The position numbers and the translations under genes were made by a program. A stretch of DNA of 61,648 nucleotides from Burkholderiales bacterium. Its GTDB lineage: Bacteria; Pseudomonadota; Gammaproteobacteria; Burkholderiales; SG8-41. The stretch spans positions 1 to 61,648 of the forward strand of contig JBOIEQ010000004.1 in NCBI GenBank assembly GCA_050741255.1. Direction: 5' to 3'. Below are positions 29,129 to 38,227 of this stretch, piece after piece. The stretch's first letter is position 1. Each line of letters starts with the position of its first letter. The notes below the pieces were generated by a model. That model saw only the letters and a program-made list of their open reading frames with translations, made no database searches and was not told the DNA's origin.

Positions 29129-30540
29129 GCGGTCACCTCCGTCACGCTCGCCGCGCGCACCTCATACAAGCGCATCGGAAACATCTCGTAGGGGCTGTCG
29201 GGTTCGACGACGTGGTTGATGTTGAATTTGTAGACCGCCCCGCGGTCGAGATGCGCCGGGTTGTACGGGCACGCGATCGTCGTGATCAGACCGCTCCACT
29301 CCGGGATCGGCAGGTGCAGACCCTGGTGGCGCGTGATGCCGGCAATAGTGCTCGCGATGTCCTGCGTCGGTGCGGTGATCTCGAACACGAGGCACAGTTC
29401 GTGCGAGCGGATCTCCCTGACCGGCTCCAGTTCGCCCATGGTGCCGTTCTTGCCGTAGATGCGGATGTGCAGGTGATACTGGTCCGGCGCCAGCTGGTCG
29501 CCGTAGACCTGTGTCACGCGCGCCTGGATGCGCACCTTCAGGCGCGCCGTCCAGTCGTCGATCTGGCGGATGATGAAGGGATCGCGCACGCCGCCGATGA
29601 TCACGCTCTGGTAGCCGATCTTCTCTGCCCCTTCCAGCTTCACGGTGTAGCGCTCGGCCGGGATGAACGCACTGCCGGAGACCTTCACCGAGCGGTCGTT
29701 GACGGCTTCGTAACGGCTGGTGGTCAGATCGAGCGTGCCGGAGCATTCGACCAGCCGGAACGGATCGGCATTCTCGTAAAGACTGTGCGAAGCGATGCTT
29801 TGCGGCGTGCAGCGGTAGTCGGGATTCGGCGGCTCCACGACGAAGTGGTCCTTGCGCAGCCAGGCGAACATGCAGTCGGCGGACGTGCGCTGCACGACCG
29901 AGGCCGCGCCGCATTCCATGATCTTGGCCATGTGCCAGGCCAGACCTTCCGGAAAACCGTACTTGATCGGCAATGCGGCGAAAATCGCCGTGTCGCTGGC
30001 GCGCCCGGCGATGACGACGTCGGCGCCGGTTTCGACCGCCCTGATGAACGGCTCGGCGCCCATCATGCCCACGATGCACGCGCTGCGGTCGATGACCTGC
30101 TCGTCGAACGGCGGCGCCGGATCGAGCGGCGTGATGCGGCCTTCGCGCAGGCGCTGCTTGAGAAAGTCGCGTTCCTGCTCGGCGCGGATGACGGCGAGCC
30201 TGAACGACAGCTTCTCCTCGGCGGCGATCTCCTTCAGGATGTCGACCATCCAGCGCACGTGGGCGTCGCCGCCCGCCGTGCCCGCGGAACCGATCAGCAG
30301 CGGCACCTTGAGGCGGCGCGCGCCGATCAGCATCAGGCGCAGGTCGCGTTTCACCGCCTGGGCGGGGAACGCGGCGACGCCGTCGCCGAGATGGCTCGGT
30401 CCGGGATCGGTCGAGCCCGCGTCGCAGCCGATGAAGTGCGGCTGCAGCGCCAGCGCCTTCTCGAAACTGCTTTCGAGGAAGCCCGACCCGCACACCCCGT
30501 TGGGGGCGAGGACCCGGATCTCGTCCATGCCGCTGTTCAT
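29125..30540 (-). CDS. acyclic terpene utilisation AtuA-like protein (DUF1446)
   Basis: Trimmed to ATG 30540: MNSGMDEIRVLAPNGVCGSGFLESSFEKALALQPHFIGCDAGSTDPGPSHLG. Confidence 0.7.
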   Translation of the reverse strand: MNSGMDEIRVLAPNGVCGSGFLESSFEKALALQPHFIGCDAGSTDPGPSHLGDGVAAFPAQAVKRDLRLMLIGARRLKVPLLIGSAGTAGGDAHVRWMVDILKEIAAEEKLSFRLAVIRAEQERDFLKQRLREGRITPLDPAPPFDEQVIDRSACIVGMMGAEPFIRAVETGADVVIAGRASDTAIFAALPIKYGFPEGLAWHMAKIMECGAASVVQRTSADCMFAWLRKDHFVVEPPNPDYRCTPQSIASHSLYENADPFRLVECSGTLDLTTSRYEAVNDRSVKVSGSAFIPAERYTVKLEGAEKIGYQSVIIGGVRDPFIIRQIDDWTARLKVRIQARVTQVYGDQLAPDQYHLHIRIYGKNGTMGELEPVREIRSHELCLVFEITAPTQDIASTIAGITRHQGLHLPIPEWSGLITTIACPYNPAHLDRGAVYKFNINHVVEPDSPYEMFPMRLYEVRAASVTEVTA

Positions 30541-30584
30541 CTGTTCGTACCTCGCGGGTTTGACGCCGCTGTCCTTGTTCAGGT

Positions 30585-31958
30585 TCAGGCCACCGGCCGG
30601 CAAAGCTGCAGGAAACGCTTCGTGTTTTTTTCCGCTTCCAGCGCCCAGATACGTGCGCTCAGTTCACGGCTCCGGGCATCGCCCAGCACCGGCACGGCCA
30701 GGGCCATGAACTTGTCCTGCAGCTCGGCGTCGCTCGGGGGATTGTCCGGGCTGTAGCCGCGCGCGTGTTCGACGTGGTGTTCGAACGCTTCGCCATTGTC
30801 GAGCGTCACCGTCATGCGCGTCTCGTCCTTGCGCACGCCGGGGTTCGATTCCACCTCCACCTTCTGCCGCAGCGCCGTGACGTCCGGCAGCGCCGCGCGC
30901 GCATCCGCGAACTGGCCGGGCAGCGCGGCGCCGTCCAGCAGCGTCACCGCGATCGCGTGGTAGGGACTGAACTTCGACTGCATGCCGGTGACCGGCTCGC
31001 GCACCCGCATCTGTTCGAGCACCTGCGGATGCACCACGGCATGGATCTTCCGGATGCGATCCACCTTGGTCTCCAATTGCGGCCGCAGCGCCAGCGCCGC
31101 GTCGAGCGCGGGATGCACCACGCCGCCGCAGGAATAGAGCTTGTAGCCCTTGCGGATGAAACAGTAGTCGCGCCCCAACCCGGCGAGGATGGGCCCGGCA
31201 TCGGCACCCGCGCAGGCCACTTCGAGGAAACCGCGCGCGCCCTCGAGACCGGTCTCGGGCCCGGTGAATCCCGAGGACGCGAGAAACGCCGCGCGCACGC
31301 CGTTGGCCGAGGCGTTCCCGGCGTGCAGCGACTTCATCATGGAGCCGAAGCTCACCCGCAGGCCCGCCGCCTCGCTCGCCGCGATCCCCAATGCGTAATT
31401 GCCCTGGGCCGGATCGAGCTTGAGGAGATTGGCGGCCGCGGCGGCCGCGCCTAGCGTGCCGACGGTGCCCGTGCTGTGCCAGCCCGGCTCGTAGTGCGTG
31501 AGCTGGGTCGCCTCGCCGACGCGGCCCGCGACTTCGTAGCCGGCCGCCATGGCGGCGATCAGCTGGCGTCCCGGCGTCCGGCTCCACTCGCCCGCCGCGA
31601 GCGAGGGCGGCACGATGACGATACCCGGATGGATGCCGGCGGCCGAATGCACGTCGTCGAAGTCATAGACGTGGCCCATGCTGCCGTTGACCCACGCGGC
31701 CGACACCGGATCGAGCCGCTCCGCACGGCCGATGACCGTGCCGCCGGTCTTGCCAGTCGTCGCCTTCCGGCCGCGGAGCTGCGCGAGATGGGCGAGCAGC
31801 AGGTCGACGATCCGGTGATGCGCGCCCAGCAGCGCGACGCCCATGAAATCCAGCAGCGCGCGTTTCACTTCGTGGGCCGCCGGTGCCGGCAGGTCCCGGT
31901 AGCGCAGGCCGGTGGCGAACTCGGCGAGCCGCGCGGTCAGTCGTGTTTCCGAACTCAT
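30585..31958 (-). CDS. MmgE/PrpD-family protein (second copy, specificity unknown)
   Basis: Trimmed to ATG 31958: MSSETRLTARLAEFATGLRYRDLPAPAAHEVKRALLDFMGVALLGA...YDFDDVH...WHSTGT. Confidence 0.85.
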   Translation of the reverse strand: MSSETRLTARLAEFATGLRYRDLPAPAAHEVKRALLDFMGVALLGAHHRIVDLLLAHLAQLRGRKATTGKTGGTVIGRAERLDPVSAAWVNGSMGHVYDFDDVHSAAGIHPGIVIVPPSLAAGEWSRTPGRQLIAAMAAGYEVAGRVGEATQLTHYEPGWHSTGTVGTLGAAAAAANLLKLDPAQGNYALGIAASEAAGLRVSFGSMMKSLHAGNASANGVRAAFLASSGFTGPETGLEGARGFLEVACAGADAGPILAGLGRDYCFIRKGYKLYSCGGVVHPALDAALALRPQLETKVDRIRKIHAVVHPQVLEQMRVREPVTGMQSKFSPYHAIAVTLLDGAALPGQFADARAALPDVTALRQKVEVESNPGVRKDETRMTVTLDNGEAFEHHVEHARGYSPDNPPSDAELQDKFMALAVPVLGDARSRELSARIWALEAEKNTKRFLQLCRPVA

Positions 31959-32077
31959 GCTGCGATTCCTTGATCGATGCGATGCGGCGGCAAGCTTCTC
32001 GGGCAGGCGCGAGCCTGTCAAGCGAATCGCGATTCGCTACACTCGGGTGGCTGTTTTCCCTTCCCGTCGAGGCCGGT

Positions 32078-33052
32078 ATGACGCTGATGCTCCGCTGCTT
32101 GCTTCTGCTGGCGCTCGTCGCGAATGGCGCCACGCTTTCCCTCACCGCCTCCGCGGCATATCCGGACCGGCCGATCCGCCTGGTCGCGCCCTTCCCGCCG
32201 GGCGGCGGCGTCGATCTCGTGGCGCGCGTCCTCGCGCAGGCGCTCTCCGACGGCTTCAAGGTGCAGGTCATCGTGGACAACCGCGCGGGCGCCACCGGCC
32301 GCATCGGCACCGAACTCGTCGCCAGGGCGGCGCCCGACGGCTACACGCTGCTGCTCGGCAGCGTCGGCGCGAACGCCATCATCCCGGCGGCGTACCGCAA
32401 TCTGCCGTACGACGCGGTGAACGACTTCGCGCCGATCGGCGTCGTCGCCTCGGCACCCTACGTCCTGGTGGTGCATCCGTCGCTGCCGGCCAAAAACATG
32501 AAGGAACTGATCGCGCTCGCCCGCGCGAAGCCCGACGCCCTCACCTACGCCTCGTCCGGCAACCTGAGCGGCGCGCACCTGTCCGGGGAATTCATCAACT
32601 ATCTGGGCAAGGTGCAGATGCTGCACGTGCCGTACAAAGGCGCCGCGCCGGCGATGAACGACCTGCTGGGCGGGCAGGTGGCGATCACCTTCGCGGCCAT
32701 TTCCGGCGCCGTGCCCTTCGTCCAGTCCGGGCGCCTGCGCGCGCTCGGCGTCACCGGCCCCAAACGGTCGGCGGCCTTTCCCGACGTGCCGGCGATCGGC
32801 GAAGTGCTCAAGGGCTACGATGTCAGCCAGTGGTACGCCCTCTTCGCGCCCGCCGGCACGCCGAAGGACGTCGTCGCGCGGCTGCACGAGGAGATGGTCA
32901 AAGCGCTCGACAAGCCCGACGTCCGCAAGCGGCTCGTGGACATCGGCGCGGATCCCGTGGGCGGCACGCCCGACCAGCTCGCCGCGCAGGTCAAGGCCGA
33001 GATCGCCCGCTGGGGCACCGTCATCAAGGCTGCGGGCATCAAACCGGAATAA
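32078..33052 (+). CDS. Bug/TctC-family periplasmic substrate-binding protein
   Basis: Trimmed to ATG 32078. Signal peptide, then YPDRPIRLVAPFPPGGGVDLVAR...DNRAGATG...APDGYTLLL. Confidence 0.88.
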   Translation: MTLMLRCLLLLALVANGATLSLTASAAYPDRPIRLVAPFPPGGGVDLVARVLAQALSDGFKVQVIVDNRAGATGRIGTELVARAAPDGYTLLLGSVGANAIIPAAYRNLPYDAVNDFAPIGVVASAPYVLVVHPSLPAKNMKELIALARAKPDALTYASSGNLSGAHLSGEFINYLGKVQMLHVPYKGAAPAMNDLLGGQVAITFAAISGAVPFVQSGRLRALGVTGPKRSAAFPDVPAIGEVLKGYDVSQWYALFAPAGTPKDVVARLHEEMVKALDKPDVRKRLVDIGADPVGGTPDQLAAQVKAEIARWGTVIKAAGIKPE

Positions 33053-33063
33053 TCGCCGCTGGG

Positions 33064-33360
33064 CTAGCGCCGCTTGCCGAATCCCGCCAGGTGTATGCGC
33101 CGCGACTCGTTCAGGATCGCCAGGTACACCTTGTGCAGCATCTTGTCGTTGACGCCGTACTGTCTGGCCCACGCCTTGCGCTGCGCGAACACTTTCTTCC
33201 GGTGCGCCGGATTGCCGATGCTCTTGCGGTCGGTCTTGAACTGCAGCGCGGCCTTGGCGTAGCCGGTGCGCTGCCCAAGCAGTTTGACAATGGCGCGGTC
33301 GATCGTATTGACCGCGACGCGGATATCGGTGAGATTGCGGCAGGCACGGGGAGATTTCAT
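33064..33360 (-). CDS. chorismate mutase type II domain protein (PchB/isochorismate-pyruvate-lyase-like)
   Basis: 98 aa. CRNLTDIRVAVNTIDRAIVKLLGQRTGYAKAALQFK matches the AroQ-class helix pattern. Confidence 0.6.
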   Translation of the reverse strand: MKSPRACRNLTDIRVAVNTIDRAIVKLLGQRTGYAKAALQFKTDRKSIGNPAHRKKVFAQRKAWARQYGVNDKMLHKVYLAILNESRRIHLAGFGKRR

Positions 33361-33406
33361 GGTTTCCTTTCAGCACGGGTTCCGGAACGGGCAGTGTACC
33401 GCCATC

Positions 33407-34381
33407 ATGGCTGAGGCCAAACCACGGGCGCTGCGGGCATGCGCCGCCCTCATGCTGCTCGCCGCACTGCCGGCGCTCGCGCAGACGCCGCCCTATCCCG
33501 CCAAAACGATACGCCTCATCGTCCCCTGGGCGGCGGGCGGCACCACGGACATCCTCGGGCGCATCGTCGGGCAGAAACTCGCCGAGGGCTGGGGCCAGGC
33601 GGTCGTCATCGACAACCGCGGCGGCGCCAGCGGCAACATCGGTTCCGAAGTCGCGATCCGTGCGCCCGCCGACGGCTATACGCTGCTGCTCGGTTCCATG
33701 AGCACGCACACGATGAACCCCTTCCTCTACAGCAAGATGAGCTGGGACCCGATCAACGATGTCGCGCCCATCTCGCTGGTGGCGACCGTCGCGAGCGTGC
33801 TGGTCGCACATCCCTCGCTGCCGGCGAAGAACGTGAAGGAGCTGATCGCGCTTGCGAAGGCGCGGCCCGGACAGCTCAACTTCGCCTCCGGCAGCAGCGT
33901 CTACCAGTTGTGCGGCGAACTGCTCAAGATGACCGCGAAGATCGACCTCGTGCACGTGCCGTACAAGGGCGGCGGCCAGGCGGTGACCGACCTCATGGGC
34001 GGGCAGATCGAAACCCTGTTCACCGGCGCGCCGGTGACGCTGCCGCACATCAAGGCCGGCAAGCTGAAGGTGCTGGCGGTGACCAACGGCAAGCGCGCCG
34101 CCGTGCTGCCGGACGTGCCGACCATCGGCGAGACGCTGCCGGGCTACGAACTGAACAACTGGTACGGCCTGCTGGCGCCGCCCGGCACGCCCAGGGCGAT
34201 CATCGACAAGGTCAACGCCGACCTGGCGCGCGCGCTCGGCGCGCCGGATATCCGCGAGAAGCTGCTTGTACTCGGCGCCGATCCAACCCCGAGTACCCCG
34301 GAGCGTTTCGCGACGGTGATCCGTACCGATGCCGAACGCGCGGGAAAAATCATCAAGGCGGCGGGGGTTAAACCGGATTGA
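33407..34381 (+). CDS. Bug/TctC-family periplasmic substrate-binding protein
   Basis: Trimmed to ATG 33407. ...YPAKTIRLIVPWAAGGTTDILGR...DNRGGASG...PADGYTLLL. Confidence 0.88.
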   Translation: MAEAKPRALRACAALMLLAALPALAQTPPYPAKTIRLIVPWAAGGTTDILGRIVGQKLAEGWGQAVVIDNRGGASGNIGSEVAIRAPADGYTLLLGSMSTHTMNPFLYSKMSWDPINDVAPISLVATVASVLVAHPSLPAKNVKELIALAKARPGQLNFASGSSVYQLCGELLKMTAKIDLVHVPYKGGGQAVTDLMGGQIETLFTGAPVTLPHIKAGKLKVLAVTNGKRAAVLPDVPTIGETLPGYELNNWYGLLAPPGTPRAIIDKVNADLARALGAPDIREKLLVLGADPTPSTPERFATVIRTDAERAGKIIKAAGVKPD

Positions 34382-34472
34382 CCGGCGGACGTTCCCCGCC
34401 ACCGGAACCGGCCGGCGTCCGCCGGGTCCTACCAGTGACGGCCGCGCCCCCTGCGGCGGAAGGAGACCGGAC

Positions 34473-34991
34473 ATGACCCTCACCTGCATACGACTGGCCT
34501 GCGCGCTGTGCCTGGCAGGCGCACCGCTCTTCGCCGCGGCGAACGAGAATACCGGCATCGCGAACGCCGCCATCGACATGCGCACCTTCCTTCGCGTATC
34601 GACGGATGCTGCGCTGCACCGCGATACGCGCCGCCTGTCCGAGCGCGAGTTCATCCGCATGAGCCGCGAGCCGGGCACCGTGGTCCTGGACGCCCGCAGC
34701 CGCGAGCGCTACGACGAGTTGCATATCAAGGGCGCACTCAACCTGAGCTTTCCGGACATCGCGGTGGACAGCCTCGCGCAACTGATTCCGGACCGGAACA
34801 CCCGCATCCTCATCTACTGCAACAACAACTTCCTGAACGCCGATACCGCGTTTCCCGCCAAGCTGCCGGGCGCCTCGCTCAACCTCTCGACCTACATCGC
34901 GCTGTACCACTACGGCTACCGCAACCTCTACGAACTGGGGCCGGTCATCGACGTCAACCGCGCCGCGCTCGACTTGCTCTCCACGCGCTGA
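34473..34991 (+). CDS. secreted rhodanese-like domain protein
   Basis: Trimmed to ATG 34473 with AAGGAG upstream. Signal peptide, then VVLDARSRERYDELHIKGALNL...RILIYCNNNFLN (active-site Cys loop). Confidence 0.65.
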   Translation: MTLTCIRLACALCLAGAPLFAAANENTGIANAAIDMRTFLRVSTDAALHRDTRRLSEREFIRMSREPGTVVLDARSRERYDELHIKGALNLSFPDIAVDSLAQLIPDRNTRILIYCNNNFLNADTAFPAKLPGASLNLSTYIALYHYGYRNLYELGPVIDVNRAALDLLSTR

Positions 34992-35078
34992 GAACCGGCT
35001 CGCAGGGACGCCGCGCTCCCCGCGGCGCGCCGTTCGCGGTAAAGTGCTGCCCCGATCCCCCACCCGCGGAATGCCCAC

Positions 35079-36101
35079 GTGCCCCTGACCGTTCTCTTCA
35101 CCGATGCCCGCGTCGCCGACCTTGACCTCGAACGCGCGGTGACCGGCCCCGACTGCGCGCTGCTCAATCCGCGCAAGGACCGCTTCGACGACATCGACCT
35201 CGCGTCCTGGAGCAGCGCCGACGCCGTCATCACCGCCCGCATGCCCATCGACGCCAAGACGATCCCGCATCTCAAGCGCACGCGCATCGTGGTGCGCCAC
35301 GGCGTGGGCTTCGACATCGTGGACCTCAAGGGCTGCGGCGAAGCGGGTATTGCGGTGTGCAACGTGCCCGACTACGGCACGACGGAAGTCGCGGACTCCG
35401 CGATCGCGATGATGCTGGCCTTCGCGCGCGGCGTTCCGGCGCTGGATGCCGCCCTGCGCGCGGACCTCAAAGCCGGCTGGTCGCACACGCACGGCGTGAC
35501 CGCGCGGCGGCTGCGTGGCGCCTGTTTCGCCGTGATCGGGCTGGGCCGCATCGGCACCGCGGCGGCGCTGCGCGCGCGGGCCTTCGGCATGGAGGTGGCG
35601 TTCTACGACCCGGCGCTGCCGAACGGCGCGGAACTGTCGTTCGGGTTCACACGCGTGCGTACACTCGAGGCGTTGCTCGGCATGGCCGATGTCGTGTCCC
35701 TCCATACGCCGCTGACCCCGCAAACGAACCGCATGCTCGACGCCAAGGCCGTCGCCGCGATGAAACCCGGCGCCTGGCTCATCAACACGGCGCGCGGACC
35801 GATCTGCGACACCGTGGCGCTGCTCGAAGGCCTGAAGAGCGGCAAGCTCGGCGCCGTGGGCCTCGACGTGCTGCCGACGGAGCCGGGCACGACGATGGCG
35901 GACGACCCGCTGATCAAGGCCTGGCTGGCGAACGAACCGTGGCTGCGCGGCCGCATGCTGCTCAACCCGCACGCCGCGTGGTTCAGTCCGGCGTCGATGG
36001 CCGACCTGCGGACCAAGGCGATGGAAACGGCGTGGGACTATCTGCGCGACGGCAAGCTCGCGAACTGCGTGAACGAGGAATTTCTCAAGCAACGTCGCTG
36101 A
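35079..36101 (+). CDS. D-isomer-specific 2-hydroxyacid dehydrogenase family protein
   Basis: 340 aa, GTG start. NAD-binding VIGLGRIGTAAALRARAFGMEV. ...NTARGPICD... and a catalytic His region near the C-terminus. Confidence 0.8.
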   Translation: MPLTVLFTDARVADLDLERAVTGPDCALLNPRKDRFDDIDLASWSSADAVITARMPIDAKTIPHLKRTRIVVRHGVGFDIVDLKGCGEAGIAVCNVPDYGTTEVADSAIAMMLAFARGVPALDAALRADLKAGWSHTHGVTARRLRGACFAVIGLGRIGTAAALRARAFGMEVAFYDPALPNGAELSFGFTRVRTLEALLGMADVVSLHTPLTPQTNRMLDAKAVAAMKPGAWLINTARGPICDTVALLEGLKSGKLGAVGLDVLPTEPGTTMADDPLIKAWLANEPWLRGRMLLNPHAAWFSPASMADLRTKAMETAWDYLRDGKLANCVNEEFLKQRR

Positions 36102-36221
36102 CCCCGTGGCGCGGCTGACGCAGCGCCTGGTTTATACTCGCTGCACCACGCGCGTCAGCTTCCTGCGGGCGCTGCAGAAACAGACCCGGTCAACGGGCAC
36201 CACATCTCTGGAGGAGTCCGC

Positions 36222-37226
36222 ATGTACGCACGCCTGCCGTGCCGGTCGCTGTCGTGTACTGCGATCGCGCTTGTTCTCAGCCTGCCGTCGCTCGCCGTCT
36301 TTGCGCAGTCAGCAAAGGAAACGCCCTACCCGAACCGCCCGATCCGCTTCGTCGTGCCCTTCCCGCCGGGCGGCACCACCGAGATCCAGGGCCGCAAGCT
36401 TGCCGAGAAGTTGTGGCAAAAGCTGGGGCAGCCGTTGGTGATCGACAACCGCGCGGGCGCCAACGGCAGCATCGGCATGCGCATCGTCGCGCAGGCGCCG
36501 CCCGACGGCTACACCATCATCCTGGCGAATGTCGGCAATTGGGCCGTGCACCCCAACCTCTACAAGCTCGACTACGACGTCCTGCGCGACTTCGCGCCGA
36601 TCATCCATGTCGCCACCTCGCCGGGCGTGCTGGCGGTCAATCCCGGCGTCGCCGCGAAGAACGTGCCGGAGTTCATCGCGCTGCTGCGGCAGAAGCCCGA
36701 CCAGTTCACTTATGGCTCGAACGGCATCGGCGGCTTCAGCCACCTCGCCGGCGAACTGTTCGGCTCAATGACCAAGACGCGGTTGACGCACATCCCCTAC
36801 AAGGGCGCGGCGCCCGTGCTGACGGACCTCATCGGCGGCCAGATCCAGGCGACCTTCAACAGCGTTGTGCCCACCCTGCCGCATGTGAAATCCGGCCGCG
36901 TGCGCGCGCTCGCGACCACCGGCGCCGTCCGCCTTGAGCTGCTGCCCGACCTGCCGACGGTCGCCGAATCCGGCGTGCCCGGTTACGAGGCCTCGACATG
37001 GTCGGCGATGGGTGCGCCGGCGGGCACGCCGCCGGCCGTCATCGCGCGGCTGAACCGCGAGATCGTCGCGATCCTGCAAACGCCGGAAATGAAGGACAAC
37101 GCGCGCGCGGAAGGCTCCACCATCAACGGCGGCACGCCCGAGCAATTCAGGGCCACGCTGAAGGCCGAGCTCGCCAAGTACGGCAAGCTGATCAAGGAGG
37201 CCGGCATCAAGGCCGACAACCTCTGA
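36222..37226 (+). CDS. Bug/TctC-family periplasmic substrate-binding protein
   Basis: 334 aa with GGAGGAG upstream. YPNRPIRFVVPFPPGGTTEIQGR...DNRAGANG...PPDGYTIIL. Confidence 0.88.
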   Translation: MYARLPCRSLSCTAIALVLSLPSLAVFAQSAKETPYPNRPIRFVVPFPPGGTTEIQGRKLAEKLWQKLGQPLVIDNRAGANGSIGMRIVAQAPPDGYTIILANVGNWAVHPNLYKLDYDVLRDFAPIIHVATSPGVLAVNPGVAAKNVPEFIALLRQKPDQFTYGSNGIGGFSHLAGELFGSMTKTRLTHIPYKGAAPVLTDLIGGQIQATFNSVVPTLPHVKSGRVRALATTGAVRLELLPDLPTVAESGVPGYEASTWSAMGAPAGTPPAVIARLNREIVAILQTPEMKDNARAEGSTINGGTPEQFRATLKAELAKYGKLIKEAGIKADNL

Positions 37227-37263
37227 ACGTCGCGCGCGCAATCGCAAGGAACAGGAGACCGGA

Positions 37264-38196
37264 ATGGCAAAGCAGGACGAAAAACTGGCGAAAATGAAGC
37301 AGAAGTACGGCGCCCGCGGCATCGACGACGGCATGCGCCTCAATCCGCGGGACTTCCCCGACATGCTGGAATGGCGCGACGAACTCGACCCGCACTACAC
37401 GAAACTGTGGCTCGACTGGACCTACGGCGGCATGTTCAAACGCGGCGTGCTGACGGACCGGGTGCGCATTCTCGTCGTCATCGGCCAGTGCGTGGCGCTG
37501 GACGAGCTGGAGATGCTGGGCGGACACATCCGCAGCGCACTCGCCGCCGGCGCGACGCCGCGCGAGGTGCTGGAGGTGATCCTGCAGTTGACGGTCTACA
37601 TCGGCCTCCACCGCATCGGCCGCGCGGCGCGCGTCTTCAAGCAGGTCGTGACCGAGCTGGGCCGCATGGACGAAATCACCAAAACGCAGTTGCCGGTGGA
37701 CGGCACCAGCAGCCAGCGCACGCTGGAGAAGGACCGCGCCACCTGGCGGGTGTCGGAGAAGGAATTTCCGCGCCGAGAGGAACTGGTCAGGAAATACGGC
37801 TGGCAGGGCGTGGGTTCCGGCCTGCGGCTGCAGCCGACGCACCACGTCATCACGCTGGAGAAGCTCGACCGCCTCGACCAGAACTTCACCAAGCTGTGGG
37901 AGGATTTCGTCTACGGCGGGATGTACACCCGCGGCATCATCGACGACAAGACGCGCGAGTTCATCGTGGTCGGCGAGCTGCTGGTGCTGAACGAGGGCCC
38001 GCAGACCGAGAACCACATGCGGGCGGGTCTCATGCACGGCGCGACGCCGCGCGAGATGCTGGAAGTCGTGCTGCAGTCGACGGTTTACCTCGGCATGCCC
38101 GCCATGACGCGCAATATCGGCATCCTCACGCGCATCCTCGAGGAACAGGGCCGGCTGCACGAGATCACCGACTCGCAGTTGCCGCTGCCGGCGTAA
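37264..38196 (+). CDS. tandem carboxymuconolactone decarboxylase (CMD/AhpD-like) domain protein
   Basis: 310 aa. Two repeats of the pattern ...KLW.D..YGGM..RG.......R.......G........E....H.R......GATPRE.LEV.LQ.TVY.G.P. Confidence 0.7.
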   Translation: MAKQDEKLAKMKQKYGARGIDDGMRLNPRDFPDMLEWRDELDPHYTKLWLDWTYGGMFKRGVLTDRVRILVVIGQCVALDELEMLGGHIRSALAAGATPREVLEVILQLTVYIGLHRIGRAARVFKQVVTELGRMDEITKTQLPVDGTSSQRTLEKDRATWRVSEKEFPRREELVRKYGWQGVGSGLRLQPTHHVITLEKLDRLDQNFTKLWEDFVYGGMYTRGIIDDKTREFIVVGELLVLNEGPQTENHMRAGLMHGATPREMLEVVLQSTVYLGMPAMTRNIGILTRILEEQGRLHEITDSQLPLPA

Positions 38197-38227
38197 CGGC
38201 AGCCGGTGGTAAGCTTTCCGCATCCAG

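Noticed and set aside
32018-34678. 886-aa minus-strand ORF. The same applies to 40499..43099 (866 aa), 34368..36092 (574 aa), 18693..20009 (438 aa) and 47138..48481 (447 aa)
   Set aside because: They are antisense to well-supported Bug, dehydrogenase and cupredoxin genes. Their composition is dominated by R/A/G/D/H, as expected from reading GC3-rich genes backwards, and no domain signatures are present.
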